From NCBI RefSeq assembly GCF_000143415.4, contig NW_003314535.1, forward strand, positions 1 to 14,987: a stretch of 14,987 nt of DNA. The letters are read 5' to 3'. The DNA is from Selaginella moellendorffii. Lineage: Eukaryota; Plantae; Lycopodiophyta. The notes under the pieces are model-generated. The model was not told where the DNA came from. It saw only the letters and a list, made by a program, of their open reading frames with translations, and did no database searches. Of this stretch, positions 13,367-14,987 are shown one piece after another (positions within the stretch are counted from its first letter, which is position 1; every line of letters starts with the position of its first letter). The translations under genes were made by a program, and so were the position numbers.

Positions 13367-13449
13367 TCGTTAAAGATTTTGTACTACACATCCACATCGA
13401 CCAAGTGAAAATAACATCACGTTGAAAGAAATAAAACTCCTCTCCTAGT

Positions 13450-14135
13450 AATGCTACTCAAGAATTCAGTCGCATGCAATGCCATGCTAGCCGGATATTC
13501 CCACGCTGGCAAAGTTGAGCAGGCAAGTGTCTATTTGACAAAATGTCAAGTTGGAGTTTAGTATCGAGGAGCTCACTGCTGTATGCCTATGCAGGATCAA
13601 GAGATATGGACTTGACACGACGATTTTCGATAATATACCATATCAGCAGCTAGTTTCCTGGAACACCATGCTTGATGCTTATGCCCGAAACGGGTATATG
13701 GCATGGTCATGTTCCATGCTAGAAAAACTTTTCAGAGAAGAATGGATTTTCTTGGGATGCAATGCTCACTTGCGTGTACCCAAGCAGGGGATTTGGTTTC
13801 TGTATTTGAGTTGTTTCACAATATGCAGATGGCCGGCATTTACAATTAAGGTAGATTTGTCTCAGCTCTTAGTGCTCACGGCCAAGTTGGTAGTGTTGAA
13901 TGTGCTAGAAGTTACTTTGTGTTTCGATGGCTTTTGATTGTGGCATTCAACCATGTCACCATCATTACTCCCGCATGATCGATGGCTTGGCAAGAGCTGG
14001 TTACATTAAGAGAACTGATCACAAACATGCAATTTGGTCCCACTTCTTTGGATTGGCTGTGCCCCTTAGCTGCATGTCGGCACCTCATTGCTGTGAGCAG
14101 CAGAGCCATGTATCCTCTCTTGGCAAATGTACGGG
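13450..14135 (+). pseudogene. PLS-class PPR pseudogene fragment, probably with E-domain remnant
   Basis: Motifs across shifting frames: KNSVACNAMLAGYSHAGKVEQA..FDKM, IFDNIP...LVSWNTMLDAYARNG, and MAFDCGIQP..HHYSRMIDGLARAG (L2/S2-type). A weak E-like PCIL..LANV follows. Confidence 0.75.
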
Positions 14136-14374
14136 CATAGCATTGATAGAATCTAAAGAAAACCAAAAACTGCTGCCTAGATTATGTTGTCAAAGTTTTA
14201 AGACTCGAAGTCAAACTCTTAACAATTGCATTTCAAATTCAAATAATTTTGTCTTTATTGTCAATCATTCTATGTGTCTACAAATGACGCCTTGCTGTTC
14301 AGCAGACAAAGTAGGGAATATGTCTGATTCTATGCGAATATGCTCAAAACTTCAAAAGCATAACTAGAAGGCGA

Positions 14375-14987
14375 TCAATGTTTGATAGATTGCCTAATGA
14401 CTATAGCTGCGATGATAGTTACTAACAATATGGAGGCTAGTGACCTACAACAATCTTGGTTGCCTTGTCGCTACACAGAACAAAGTTATTTTTTTATGCA
14501 ATGCCGCAGCACGATCTCGTCACCTGGACTGTGATGCTTGGCGCATGCGCACTAAACGAGGATGTTGAATTTTCCACAGATGCCTGAGATCGAGCAACAC
14601 CGTCATGCAATGCTACATGTTAGACAATCAAAGCTTATATTTGACTCCATGCCGCAGAGAGCTCTCTCGTCGTGGACAACAATGCTCAATGTTCTTGCCA
14701 AGAACAGCACCGGGGAGGAAACCAAGAGCTTTTTCTATCAAATGTTGCTCTCACAACCATCAAACTTGGAGCTTGTGAAGGCCACCTTTGATCAAATGCC
14801 GCAGCAAGACTTGTGCATTTGGAACTCTATTCTTTCGGCGTAAGCTATCATGGAGCTCCACAAGAGTTGGTCCCTATCAAAAAAATTCCTTGATGCCCTT
14901 CCCGGGAAAATGCAGATATTACAAGCGACAACGTTGCTGTGAAAGATAAAGCAACTTCACGTAGTTTGTAGCTAGAGGTAGAACGCA
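14375..14987 (+). pseudogene. Second PLS-class (S-motif-rich) PPR pseudogene fragment
   Basis: FYAMPQHDLVTWTVMLGA, LIFDSMPQRALSSWTTML..LAKN, and TFDQMPQQDLCIWNSILSA* (TAA at a Tyr position). The right boundary is uncertain and it may run off the window. Confidence 0.75.

Overview
Land-plant nuclear DNA; short introns, S-motif-rich PLS-type PPR relics and secreted LRR genes suggest a lycophyte such as Selaginella (inference, not verified). The window is a decaying local duplication. A cassette of THIC(+), an IWS1/SPN1-like gene(-) and an LRR-gene remnant(-) occurs twice (about 103-3840 and 10879-13366). The two copies flank a long secreted-LRR gene that is split by a full-length but degenerate 4.76-kb Ty1/copia element (4537-9300). 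PPR relics lie at about 4.1 kb and 13.4-15 kb. The standout element is an apparently intact TPP riboswitch aptamer (1849-1936) in the intron-containing 3' UTR of the first, disabled THIC copy. The second THIC copy has lost that aptamer in a 400-nt deletion. A small TRIM-like LTR element (about 2021-2345, minus strand) is hidden between THIC and the IWS1-like gene. No wholly new biological system can be demonstrated. The best novel lead is a possible riboswitch mechanism in which the aptamer pairs with a 3' splice site downstream of it.
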